Source: Basidiobolus meristosporus CBS 931.73 (lineage: Eukaryota; Fungi; Basidiobolomycota). From it: DNA of 64,000 nucleotides. The translations under genes were made by a program, and so were the position numbers. Of the stretch, positions 37,101 to 49,620 are shown one piece after another. Each line of letters opens with the position of its first letter. Within the stretch, counting starts at the first letter, position 1. The notes under the pieces are model-generated. The model was not told the origin of the DNA, searched no databases, and worked only from the letters and a program-made list of their open reading frames with translations. The stretch lies in assembly GCA_002104905.1 (NCBI GenBank), contig MCFE01000217.1:60918-124917 (forward strand), read 5' to 3'.

Positions 37101-38813
37101 CTCCTCCGACCTTAGGAAGGCCGGGTTCACTCGACAGGAGCTAAAGCAAATGTTCGTTAATCTTGGCCGACTCCCGCTGTCCGGGCTGAGGCTGATGGCA
37201 ATTACCTCGAATCGGCGAAGTCAGTGATAAACGTGGATGGGTCGCCATCGACAATCTCAATTTCACAATCGTCATCGCTGTGCGCAAGGAGCCCGGTGGT
37301 TTTGATGGCTTCCGTGTCCAACTCAGCCTGATGGGCCTCGTTAAACGGGTTGTCAGCATCGCAAGTTTGGGACTGGCTCGTCTTGGGAGCCTTGGGCTTG
37401 GTCTTGGGCTTAGGCGTGGTCGAATACGATTTCTTGGGGAATTTTCTGTCAAAGTGTTAGTGTTTGCCCGCGAGAGCTGTCGGTGTGCACCTACTTGTTG
37501 GACTTGCTCTTGTATTTGCCCCGTAGGTTGGACCGGACGAAATTCTCGCTGACCAGGTTGTATTTCGCCTGAACGCTTTGCTTCTTCCGGGTGGCTTTAG
37601 CTTTTTCCGGCGGTGGGGCGCTTACCTCTTCTTGATTTTCCAGATCATCGACGGGGGGCTCGGGGTGGGACTGGAGGTCGTCAGAAAGCTCGTTGGCCAT
37701 CTCCTCTCGGAATTCATCGGTTTGCGAGAAGCTTAACAAGGAATCGAAGGTAATGGATGTGGTTCTTTTGAACAGCTTCGTGGCTCCGGTCGGATAGTTT
37801 GTGGGCAGAATGGACTCATCGTCGCTGCTCTCTGTGTCCTCGCCTGAGCGATGAGCAGTGCTATCATGCCTGCTGTATATATTTTGTGGCTGTTAGGACG
37901 CGGGTGAATGTCGTAGATGCTTACACGACCTCATACCTTGGCTTACTGCTGAGCATCCCCTTGATGTGGTCCAGATTTCCGAAACCGGGGTCCTCCTTGC
38001 TCTCGACCACACTGGCGCCTGCAGAGCTGTCTGAGGCAAAAGACGGGTTTCGGAAGGAAGCGAAAAGAGTTCCTCGGTGGTTCGTCTCCTCGGTGTCGCT
38101 CTCTTCGATATCGGAATGCTGATTAGTTGTCGGCACATTCTCTTGCTTGTCCAACGAGTGATCGAACACATTGTGGTTTTCTTGTTTGAAACCGCCGTGG
38201 GTGTTGGGGAGGTGGGGGTGCTGGTCTGAGCCGAGTGCGGTAGCAATTGGGGTCTGCGGAATGGTGGGCGCTTTGGGCGGTGTGGTGCACTTTGCTAGTT
38301 TGGTTTTTGTGTTGGCCGGTTGCTCGGTTTGCCCGAGGAACTTACGCTTCCGGGAGAGTTGGGTGGATTCGGGGTTCTCAAGTAGCTGTTGGGAGTGCTT
38401 GTGCACGGATTCGTCAGTAGCAAACAGCCTGGGCTGAAAGCCAGGAAGTGAGGGCTTGCTGAACAATGGCTTTTTGATGCTTGTTGGAGTTGCGCTGGCG
38501 TTACCAGCGAGATTATTCTCCTTCTCCTCGGAGCTCCCGTGCGTGGCGTGTCCTCTGTCTAGCGCTTTCTTCAGCTTCCTATATAACGAGTACTTCTTGG
38601 CTGTGTCCGCATTTTCACAGGAAGGGAAAGAATCGAAAGCACGTTAGGTGTGAACCCTTGCCACGAAGTTCACATAAAGAAATTACCAATGTCAGGCTCT
38701 TTTTTCACGTCCAGACTCTCTGGATTCCGTTTCCATTTGGAGAAAAACTCCTTCTCCCAAGCCTTGAGCTCTATCTTCACCTGCATTAGGTCATCCTGGG
38801 TGGTATGGGTCAT
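34126..38813 (-). CDS. RECQL4: RecQ4-type DNA helicase with N-terminal Sld2/Drc1 domain, multi-exon
   Basis: Exon 1-2 [32 protein letters not shown]|[11 protein letters not shown] (Sld2 domain; intron 38686-38601). [10 protein letters not shown] motif. [11 protein letters not shown]; [21 protein letters not shown]; YHAG; VATIAFGLG; EIGRSGRDG; IETLLSY. C-terminal [14 protein letters not shown]|[11 protein letters not shown]. Stop at 34126-34128. Some internal exon borders are approximate. Confidence 0.92.
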
Positions 38814-41800
38814 GGTGTACGCTGGATGTTGTAAGCTGGCGAACAGGAATGCTGTTGGGATTTGACCTGTGTACAGTTCGCTTTTTTTCGTCAACGCTCG
38901 CCTTCGACGATGATTACAATTGGTGACATTTTTTGAAGGGCGATTGTTGTGGTTGTTCAATTTCTGGGGTCCATTTCATCGCACCTCCAGGAAATCGTAA
39001 ACAAATAAATGCCATCTTGATTGGAGCCATCACCAAGAGAAGAGCTGCGCCTCCTGGCCAAATGCGGCCCCATCCTTACAATACGGTCACGACACAAAGC
39101 AGGAGTCGGGTGTGACAGCTTGGATTTGAGAAGGACCGCGGAGTTTTGTGGAAATGGCCGGACACTCCGCACCAGTAGCAGTAGCAAGGTTCACCAGGTC
39201 TCTGACTAGGATTGGCGTCTCCCCAGGCGTAGTTATGCGAAGCTAAACTTGCACTGATATAGCATGGAATCTCTGATGAAAGAATTTTTCCGCACTAGAG
39301 CACGCATCCACGGCGACCATCAAGGTGCTACCTGGTATGCTAACTGGAATTGCAGCCTTGGGTTATAACTAAGACGTCGATGCTGCCTAGTATCAGCTTG
39401 GATGTTTAACATACTTCCATCACGAAAGCATAGATGGTTCATTGGTTGAAGACCAATCAGTTTATATTGGGTGCTACTTTAGTGATATAGATGTGTCAAA
39501 TAGGCTGAGATGTCCACTGGGCCCTTGGCCTTGACACCGAATCATCCTAGACAAAGCCCCGTCATTGGCCACGCGGACCGGTCGAGAGTACGCTTGCCAT
39601 ACTTCAACCCGAATAATCTACATGTGAGCAACCTGGTTTCTGGCAGCCACTGCGCTCCACCCCCAGAATGCCTCATTCTCGAACACACCTTGTGAAATCT
39701 GATGGCATGTCTCGTGGAGCACCAGGCCAACAAACAGCAACCACGAAGACCCACCAATCTCAACACCAGCATTGATCGACGGAGTGCCCGCCCGCTCTTC
39801 TAGACATGGCTGGCTAGTCCTGAGACTGAACCACAGTAAACAGAGTAGCGACGCTGGGAGAGGAGTCACATGGGCGAATGGTTCAGAATATGCCCAGTAT
39901 CTTGGTTGTGAAACCTGTCGCCGATTGGCTGGCCGCAGGGATCTGGATCTTCGTCAAGGTTGCAAGGGTGCGATTGTAGATGGTGTATCACTTATGTTGC
40001 ATGCACTCTAACACCGATCAACAAATGCAGATGTGCGGCACCAGGTAGAGCGGGCTCTGGACGCTGTGTTTCAGCATCAACTAAGGACAAAGGTTGCAGC
40101 TGATGAAGTGGCGCCTGCCCTCAATAGTCACCGAAGACTAGGGCGTATAGCCCCGCCCAGCCTGTCCGTTAGCCCCAGACATTGGCACTGGTTCCAGGCG
40201 ACGCTAAGAAATATTGGGCCAAGTGGATGGATGTGAACTCGGCGCAGACCGGGGGCTCACTCGCTCATCCGCACCAGCCCTCACTTGATTGCTACCCCAA
40301 GCGGCCGCATTGGATGGCCATTGTAACTTCCCTTGGATCTTGGTGGTAGAAATTCTTCTTGGCAATCCTCTACCAACCCCCATCCGGTCCACCCGCTGAC
40401 CCTCCTTTGCCAGGACCACTGCTAATCGCCGACCACTGAGAAGTCCCGATCAGGGCCGTGTTGAGAGTCAGCATGGTTGACGGATACCCTGCCAAATCCC
40501 CCTTTCCCACCGTCTACATGGAGGGACTCAACGGCTCTCGTGGTCTCACATCTGCAAGGCCAATCCCTCGTGATACATGGGGGCGAAGGTGGAGGTGATT
40601 GGGCCTCGCTCAGATCTCCGCATCAATCGTGCAGGATTAACCTTTTTGGATGGTCGAGGTTGGTTTGTACTACTGATTGTTGCTGTCCATTACGGCTACA
40701 GCGGGAAAGACCCGATCGCATGTGACGGTCGGTATATTTTTAGTTGGCAAGTATACACAGTCGATGGCTTTACTGTTCTATTGGCAACGGATGGTTCAGT
40801 CATACGATGGGAAGCGTATTCCAGGTGCCTGAAGATGCCGGCCACCCATTGGATCGCGTCACATCAACGACGCATCTCCACTCGCACTCGCTGTCGAGGT
40901 TTGGCAGGCTGCTCGAATGGCAGACAGCCGCCTGCATCATGCTAGCTTTAATCTTATCATTCCATTGTCCAGATTTAGCTATATTCACTGCGCTGGTGGG
41001 CTCGGCAGTCACATGCTCCTCCTTCAATGAACAGAACCTCTGACCTCGGCTAGCCGCTGCCCAATCGTCGCCCAGAGGTGTGGATCAGAGCCTTGATAGA
41101 TGGTTTCCAGGCAGATACGAGGCTTGGTCAAACGCAGCAGGGTAATGAGGCGGCAATCGTAAGCGATTCCCCCTGGAATGCCAAGCAATCCTCTTGGGAT
41201 GCCAGCCTATCACTTAAACCATCAGCCGGCACTCTGGGACAATCAGGGCGTCCGAGCTCCCCGGTACAGAGGCTGGTTGTCTTATCGGCCATTCTCCGGG
41301 CGCAACGCTCCTTGCGTAGCCGACAGCCACCGAGCACGCATCGCAGCCCCCAGTGGCAGGCAGCAACGATGATCTACTAGCACAGGGAAGACGAACGCCA
41401 CGTACTCCGGTGCGCGGTGGATTTTGAAACCATCAGGATATCAGATGAGCAATCATCAACAGCCTATATATGGTTAATATACAAGATCATCAATAGGAAC
41501 CCTGGTCCACCCAACTCTATTCCCACTTTGCCGACCAGTGTCTCACCCGACGCCGATGGACCAGTGAGGCCGCGCCTCTGGGATCTCAGAAAAGCAGGGA
41601 GTAAGATCTCAAACGGACTCCTGCTCCAATCAAGAAACGTTTCCAGTCATGAGTCGAGCCCAGCTCTGGAAATCGGTTTCAGATGGATCCTGTGATCTGG
41701 CGATCCTGATTGAATTCCACGACTCGCTTCACTTGTGCCCAAGAATGGGGTGATCCCAGGATATCTCGGCTCCGCAAATCAAGGCCATCTTCCGGATTCA

Positions 41801-42707
41801 TGTCCAAATGCAGGACATTTCTGAAGACAAGGGATGGTCGCCATGCTACCGGCGTAGCCCCGAATGGCGTGCCACCACCGATTAGCCTCATCCACTCCAA
41901 TCCCACCCCAGGTTCAGGGTGGCACAGGTTGTAGCACACGGTGTTCATCGTGGGAATCCCCTGTGGTTGGGATTTCGTGAGCACCGAAGTCGCCATTCCC
42001 GTCGAGCGCGATTGACCCAGCTGGCGCGCTAGGCCTCTCCACCATGACGGTGAGCAAGCGAAGCGTGGATTCCGAGCCAGACATGCGCGGGGCGAGGGCG
42101 CCATCGATTGTACCCTGGGAATCCGTTTGGTTGGGTTACATTACTGATGGAATGAAACCGATACGAGGGAGCCAGACTTCGCTGGGTTGATCACAATGCG
42201 GATTTTCAGCAAACCGGGTTATTTCTCCAAAATTGGATGCATCTAAGACGCCCAGTCGTCTGCCTGATCGTTTACTGATTGTGATGTTTCAGAACGCTGG
42301 ACATTGTGGGCTGTTAGCGAACTGTGGTGGATGCGGCTCTTGTGTTGTCTCGTGTATCCACGCATCACGTCCCTTGGATTCACGTAGTAGCCAACTGCCG
42401 CTTCAGTATGGTGGTCTCACGAACAATACGGGGCAATGGATTGAAGGCAGGCGGTTTATTACGAGGAAGAGAAATTTACATTGGAAAGCTATCTATTATA
42501 CATTAAATAAACTCACAGACTGTAGGGAGAGATAGATCAAGCCAAGGTTTTTACACGTAAACGTTTCTACATAATCACAATGAACTGAACCAAATGACTC
42601 GGGCCTTACTGATGTTCCGGAAGCGGTAAAAATCGACCAAAAGCAGAGCTGGCAAATGTTGGAATGGTTGGCAGATGTTGAGAAACCCTTTACTTGTCTG
42701 TGAGTAC

Positions 42708-43880
42708 TTATTCCACTTGGCGTCGGTTGGGGTTGGCGTCCGGGGCGATGCCGACTGTAGTGGCACGCAGAACTTCAAGCTCTCGCAGCACCTCGCAGAG
42801 CTTCGCCTTGAGTGCGTTGTTTTCGTTTCGAAGCGAGTCATTCAACCCTTCAAGATCCCGCAGGAATTGCGTGCGTTTTTCACGGCTGCGCCTAGCGGCG
42901 AGTCGGTTTCTTTCCCGTCTGCGGTTGAGCCGACGTTCGATGACGGAAACCTGCCCGTCGGGCTCGGTGGTTTCGTGATCCCCGCGGCCGTGAGAGCTCA
43001 GGGGCTTTTTGTGGGTTGCCGGGTCGTTGTTCTCTCGTAGTTTCTTCGCCTTGGAATCATGCTTTAACGTGTCGTCTAATGAGAATGAGGGCGAATGGGT
43101 GAGAGCGTCATCTAGTGGGAAGGTGTTTCGAACAGACGCGGAGTGCGTCTGGCTAATGCCATCGGGATTGCCTGGATCCTTTGCTCCATACGGATCCAAA
43201 TAGACTTGGTTGCGAATGTTTTGAAGAGGTATGTTCACCGAAGATCTGCGCACAGATTGTGCAAAGTCCATGTCAGGTCCAAAGAGGTTCGAGTGGTTCA
43301 TGTCGGCCCAGGAGAACACCCTTTTACGGTTGTGGTTGAAATCGGCCATGGCGGAGAATTCGGCCGCCACGCCATTGCCCGGTAGACTGGAGCGTCGCTG
43401 GGAAGAGCCGTCGCTGCTGCTTGGCATCAGAGACATGGCCCCCATGGGTGCTCCAGCGATGGACCCGGCGGCCACACCAGTGCTGAGGTTTCCCCAGTCA
43501 AACTTACTGGGAGTCGCACGATGGTCGAATTCGTAGGAGGGGGGAATTGCACTCTGGGCAATCATGTCATGGGCGAAGCTGGGTTGAGTGGCCAGGTTCG
43601 TGCCAAAATTGTAGTTCATGAGGAACTCGTCTTCACTCACGCTGTTCTGTCTGTCGGAGAGCTTGGACGCGTCGTAGGCGGGGTTGCGAGCCTGCTCCGC
43701 GTCGTTGTCGCTGTTGCTTAGATAGTCGGTGGAAAATACCTGATCAAACTCGTTGACCTCGTTTGGTGGATTGCTCTTGCCGTCAGCAAACTGCTCCATC
43801 AACGTGCGGATAGGAGTAGGCAATGGTTTAGTAATCATGTGCGATGAAACAGTGTTAAGCAGATTGGTGTCCAGGTCCAT
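42708..43880 (-). CDS. bZIP transcription factor (390 aa, C-terminal basic region-leucine zipper)
   Basis: RRERNRLAARRSREKR followed by heptad leucines LEGLNDSLRNENNALKAKLCEVL. Single long ORF. Confidence 0.92.
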   Translation of the reverse strand: MDLDTNLLNTVSSHMITKPLPTPIRTLMEQFADGKSNPPNEVNEFDQVFSTDYLSNSDNDAEQARNPAYDASKLSDRQNSVSEDEFLMNYNFGTNLATQPSFAHDMIAQSAIPPSYEFDHRATPSKFDWGNLSTGVAAGSIAGAPMGAMSLMPSSSDGSSQRRSSLPGNGVAAEFSAMADFNHNRKRVFSWADMNHSNLFGPDMDFAQSVRRSSVNIPLQNIRNQVYLDPYGAKDPGNPDGISQTHSASVRNTFPLDDALTHSPSFSLDDTLKHDSKAKKLRENNDPATHKKPLSSHGRGDHETTEPDGQVSVIERRLNRRRERNRLAARRSREKRTQFLRDLEGLNDSLRNENNALKAKLCEVLRELEVLRATTVGIAPDANPNRRQVE

Positions 43881-46800
43881 ATTTATATCCAGCAGATAAG
43901 CGGATTCAACTGAGATACAGACGCAGGCTTGATTGGTTGGAGTAGCGGGTGGCTATTGGCGAATCTCCAGGTGGTGTATATTGGCAATTAAATAAAGTTG
44001 ATATTGTCCTGAGTGGCGCCTCGGGTGAGCTCAGAAATGCAGGGCGAGAGCTGAGAAATATAGTTAGACGGTTGTTGACAATTGGGATGCCGACCGAATG
44101 GACCTTTTAATATCAATGCCAAGGATTCCTTACTAGGGCGCAGCTTCGTTCTCACCGACGATCGTGTGGGCCTAATCAATGCGAAAATCCTTCCCCCAAT
44201 ATTATGGTTTGGTTCATTGAATTGATTTATTTTTGTGAAACCCAAACCCCAGCAGGGCTCGCAGTTGACACTTTGATTTACGTGAGCTATTCAGTTCTCA
44301 TGTGTCAAAAACAAGTTCCAAGCTGATCAGCGACGAATCGATGCCGTCTTGGATGCTGGTTCCAAAGCAGTAGCGGTTGTTGGAGAAGGCATCTTCGAAG
44401 CTCGGAATCTCTGCCTGCATTGCCCCCCTCGCGGCAAGCAGGCGAGCCTCGGGCGGGCAGGGTGTCCACCGGGGCTGCCATTCCGTTCATCGGCGATTAG
44501 GATCTGAGTGCGTTGCTGCTGTTCCATTCTCTGAGAAGCATTAGTACTTTAAATAGAAGCGGCGCTGATTGGCTGCGATGTGCTGATTCATATTCACGTA
44601 TGGTCTGCCCAAACGAGATACGCTGGACTTAATTGTCCACATTCACTAGATGAGGAAGCGAACGTTCGGGAATGTGGTTGGAAGCTCATTCGTGATGATG
44701 ACTCGAAGACATCTGCCGAGAGATTTCTCCTTATTTTCGCAGGGCTGCAAGTGTGTGTGCGAATCTCCTTGCTCCGTTGTGGGGCGCAATGCTCGGATCT
44801 TCAAACCGTCCATCTTCAGGTACGTCTCTCAAGAGCCAGTCTGCTGCCAACGTACTGTCTGGCAAGAACTGAGACATGTTGCTATTTTCTGTCGAGGGAG
44901 TGGAACATGTTTCGAAGGATTCGTTCGTTTGGTGCACGTCCGACGCTACGCACGACTTCGCGCCCTCTGGTTGATGTTGCGTCAAGGCTTGCATGTGAAG
45001 TTGGTTGCAATGGCTCACCAGGGGGCCACAAGATTCTTGTTTGGCGAGTGGACGCTCAGTGGAACCAGGGAACCAGTGCCGTTTGATCTGATCCACCAGC
45101 TGTCCGAGCTGGCTCTTGGAAGGATGTCTTCTGATGCATGGCTCGGGATGCGCAGCAGATGCGGACGGGGGCTTCCCGGACATGCGACTGAATATGCCTG
45201 CTCCGATCAGCAAATGGCACTCCGCGGACATTGGAGTTGGGATTTAGAGCTCTGGCTGGGATTGGGATTTTCACAAGACACCAACTCTATTCATGCCCGT
45301 TCCGAGCGAAGCTCTCTGATTGGGCCCCTGGTAATTGCCATTTCGCTGTCTCATATTCCTTATCCACCACAAGGCTAATCTGATGCGCCAGATCATCTAT
45401 ATATGGGTGCATAGATAGCGAATCGGGAACGCATCATCCGGATTGAGGCCCACTAGCTGCAGGCCCAGCTATTCTGCGAGGTTTCAACCCCTTCGCTCCA
45501 TTCCAGAATAGGCCTAATTCTCGCTCGTGTTCAACCCGATGATACATTGATCGGGGTGCAACCCTGCTGGCGGCCGAGTGTTCGCCCAAATGGGGCTTAT
45601 TTGCTCAGCAGCCAAGCGTGGCTGGTGTTGATTTCCCCGTGGTGGAAGCAACCATCCAACCTGTGGCCCAAACTCGACCCTAGCCCATCCAAGCTGCACT
45701 TTGGGCAGTTCTGACCCATCGTTGCACTCGCCCATGAACCCTATCCTTACATCCGTATTTGTCCGCTGCAGACCCCATGTTACAACCAGCTGTGGCACCA
45801 CCCCTTCTTCAGCCAGCCTGGAGAGCCCTACTTGACCGGCCACTCCATCCAGAATATGATCTGCTGCTTCAAGGCACCTATGAGTCCCTCCGGCTCTACA
45901 ACCTCGTACACGTTGACCCGCACCCACCTCCAATCCACTCTGGCGTGGCCTCTACTCTCCATGATCCTGCCTGTCTGTGGCCCTGATGAGTAGTTGGGCA
46001 AATAGTGCGCCCAAGAGATTCATTGACATTGAGTAGGAATCACTAGTCGTGGAGTTCGCTTCCAATGGGCCGACTGGACCTAGTAGTTTATATAGGTTGC
46101 ATTGAATGTGCATGTCTCTTGTTGAGGTGTATTTTTATCCACCAATACCTTGTACCTGGCATACAGGGTAATCGCTCCTTGATCTGGTGGAATCCGCATG
46201 CATAGTCACGCAGTGTAAAGGTTGCCGCCCCATGACCCTCAAGCTCGAGTCGAATGGGTAGTGCTGTTGATTGTGGCTTCGATGTGGTGGGCGAGTGTGA
46301 ATGGATATCTGGGTCACTCCAAGAAGATCACGTGTCTGGCCATTCATCAGCAGTCTATCCTTAGGTAATCAAGTCATCAAGTGATTTCCTCTACCACAGC
46401 GACTGCACCCACAAGCTCCATTCCCCGAGGAAGTGAGGGCCACACAAATGTCCTTGGGGGCTGAGTGCTCTGTAATCGATGCTGTGCATAGCCGCGGTCA
46501 ACCGCCCTGTGTCTGTTTGCTGAACGCGTTAAACTGGCGCCTGTGGCATTCAAGTCAAACGCTCCAGTCATCACTGAGTATTTACGGCCCTACCACTGTT
46601 GGGGATGGGGAGTTCTCAGAGGGTTGGAGGGCTGGAGGGCTGGATTGCCAACCGTCCTCTTGTCCTATACAATACTGAGCTAGTCGAGCCTCATCATTAC
46701 CTGCGCATTCAGCTACAACCTCCGGCGCTGGAAAGCCGGATACGAAATACTTAACATCGGTCGCCTATTGGGTTTCTAGGCATCGAGTCCCTATTTTCGC

Positions 46801-47565
46801 TCCTCTCCTACATTGTGCAGCATTGGGTGTAATGGAAACAAGCCCATTCCATGACGTGCCCCTCACATACGCAGCCAATCACCTCGTCCAGAGGGTTGAA
46901 GCTCATTGTTGGGATCACCCTACAAATTACCTCGACCGCTTATGGCTGTTGATGTGTTGAGAACGCAGTGTTGGGGCCTATATATGGGAAAGATAATGCG
47001 CTGACTAGGGAGTGTTGCATGCAAATATGAGCATCTTGCTGCTTGCTACAACTTCTAACGAATCGATGCAACTACCCACTCGAATCCTGCCAACTATAGG
47101 CGGTTCCATCCATAAGTTGAGCCAGGAATCAGTAAGGATGCTGGTCTTTTCAGCGTTTGTTGTTTAAGGGAGACTGGATACATGGCGTCATCCATACAGC
47201 GGCGCATAGATTGTCTCTAGAAATAGATCGCCACGCACTCCCTCATTATCACCGCCCTCATCCATGGCTTATCGTATAGACAAGACGCGGTAGAGCTCCC
47301 GCTTAGGATGAGCTTTGAACGAGTGTTTCAATCCAAAAATGACCTGCTCCATTGGATCCGTCGATCCTCATCCCGTATAAATCTGAAAGCGGAACGGCGT
47401 TGTCCGTTGCATTGGATCCTTTTCTGCTTCTGCCTCTATTCGTTCGCTACCACGTCTCACTAATCCTCCCTTCCAACTCTCCTCTGCTCTTGTTGGCAAC
47501 TTCCCGACACTTTCGAAGCTTGCTCCTACATACCCACCACTCCCTGAATCGCAGCCAGAAGAAAG

Positions 47566-49620
47566 ATGAAACTAAGTCGACTCTCCCTCGTATTGAGTCT
47601 TGGGCTACTTTTGGCAATGCCAGCATTTTCCCAGGATCCAACTGAAGCCTCTGACCCAAACACTACACCCTCGGACGGGAGCGCCTCGGAGGATCCTACA
47701 GTCCCCTCCATTGATGTCACTGTTAACGAGAGCCCATCCGAAACAGGGGCTCTGCCTCAACCGACCGGTACCGACGGCACCACCTCTACCCCAGGAATCA
47801 CTCCCAATCCCCCACCCAACGATACCCAGCAAGCAGGCTCCGGTGCCGATTGCAGTACGCTGAAAACAATCTACTCGAACATGAATGGACCCAACTGGCT
47901 AAATAAGACTGGTTGGGAATCTCAGGATGCATCCAGCTGTTGCAGCTGGTTCGGCGTGTCGTGCAACAATGGTGGCAGGGTCAAGGGCATTCTTCTCCCT
48001 GCTAACGGGGTTTCCGGGCCTATTCCCCCTGAGATTGGACAGCTCTCAGGCCTATTAAGTCTGTAAGACACATTCCCCCCTCACGTGCAACTAGACGGCT
48101 CCCTCACGAACACTCTTTCTAGGGATTTGAGCAAGAATCAGCTAGTTGGACAAATCCCCGAGTCTCTGTGGTCACTTGTTTCACTTATATCGCTGTAGGT
48201 AAATGTAGTTGAAACTTGGCGACGCTGCCTTACTGAATTTACGTGCACCAGGAATCTCGATGGGACCGGCCTTAGTGGAGCCATTGGTGAGTCGATAGGA
48301 GGAATGGCCCGTCTGCAAAATTTGTAAGCACAGATCCCGTTGCTCCGTCCCTACACTGAGGGCTGGTTAATTGACCTTCATTGGCAGGCATCTGAGGAAC
48401 AACACTCTTACCAGCATTCCGGAATCGCTGAGTAGGCTGACCACTCTGAGAGGACTGTAGGTTATTTCCGAGTGTAACCTCACTTACCGGTATTAACGCT
48501 CCTCCTCCAAGATTTCTTTCCAACAACCGGCTCACTGGCATCATCCCCCCTGCAATCTTTAAGTTGGCCAATTTGGAAATAATGTACGATTATCGCTCAT
48601 GACCATGCAATGAGGATCTTGCTGATACATCTGTAGAGCGCTAGATCACAACCAATTGCAGGGCAGCATCTCTGAGGAGATCGGGAACCTGGTTAAGCTG
48701 CAAGCAATGTAACCTTTTCATGTCTCTTCCCTCAAACACTCCATGCGATATTAACTGCGAGTCTTTAGCTACTTCAAGCACAACATGCTCAACGGGACGT
48801 TACCAGAGAGCTTGTCGAGATGCACCAACCTCCGAGCAATGTAGGGACCACGTCTAGCTCGTGAGGCAACCCTAATCCTGACATCTTCACGTGATTCCTC
48901 CAGATCCCTTAGCCATAACAGAATTCAGGGGAATATCCCGCCCTCCTACATGACGCTCACGAACTTGACTGCTCTGTAAGTAGAATTGCCTATACAACAC
49001 ACCCGACTATTTCCGCAACTTATTGAACACGACTATGTTAGCGACCTATCACACAATGGCCTGATTGGGCCCATTCCAGGAGATATTGGGAATCTGAAGA
49101 AAATGGAGAAATTGTGAGAGCGTACAGCTGCCCAGATGATCAGGGATTGAACTAAACATCGATTTATGCTAGGTCTTTGTCGCAGAATCAGCTGGTGGGG
49201 CCGATCCCAGGTTCTTTGGGCGCACTGGAGCGACTTCAGCGTTTGTATGTATCAGCACCAAGCTCGGCCGGATTCCGAGACCTAACCGGTTGATATAGGA
49301 CCATTCACCTGAATGCCCTTAATGGCGTATTCCCAGACATGCCGTCTCCCAAGAACATGACTTTCTGCAAGGTGCAGCCGAACCCCTTCAACGGATGCCC
49401 GCCTGACAGCCATGTTAGAGACCGCACCACGCTGGCTTTCCAATGCCACCTGGACTGCTCACGTAAGTAAACTACGTCGTGACATTGCCTATGCACCTCG
49501 CGACTCACACTTTACCCCACAGCAAAATCGATCCACACCGTCACCGCCGCGGGAGCAGCAATGCTCCCCACGCCTGCATTCATTGTATTACTTGCCATCC
49601 TTTTGCTGTCGCACATCTAG
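47566..49620 (+). CDS. Secreted, probably GPI-anchored plant-type LRR protein, 12 exons
   Basis: Signal peptide, Ser/Thr/Pro stalk, and LRRNT cap W..SCCSWFGVSC. Exons: 47566-48062, 48123-48194, 48252-48323, 48388-48456, 48512-48583, 48637-48708, 48769-48840, 48904-48975, 49042-49113, 49173-49244, 49299-49462, 49523-49620, all GT-AG. Repeats fit LxLxxNxLxGxIP. Ends in the hydrophobic tail PAFIVLLAILLLSHI. Confidence 0.9.

Noticed and set aside
44580-45378. ORFs of 166-242 aa on both strands upstream of the bZIP gene
   Set aside because: Overlapping frames in GC-rich DNA, with no recognisable domain and atypical composition.
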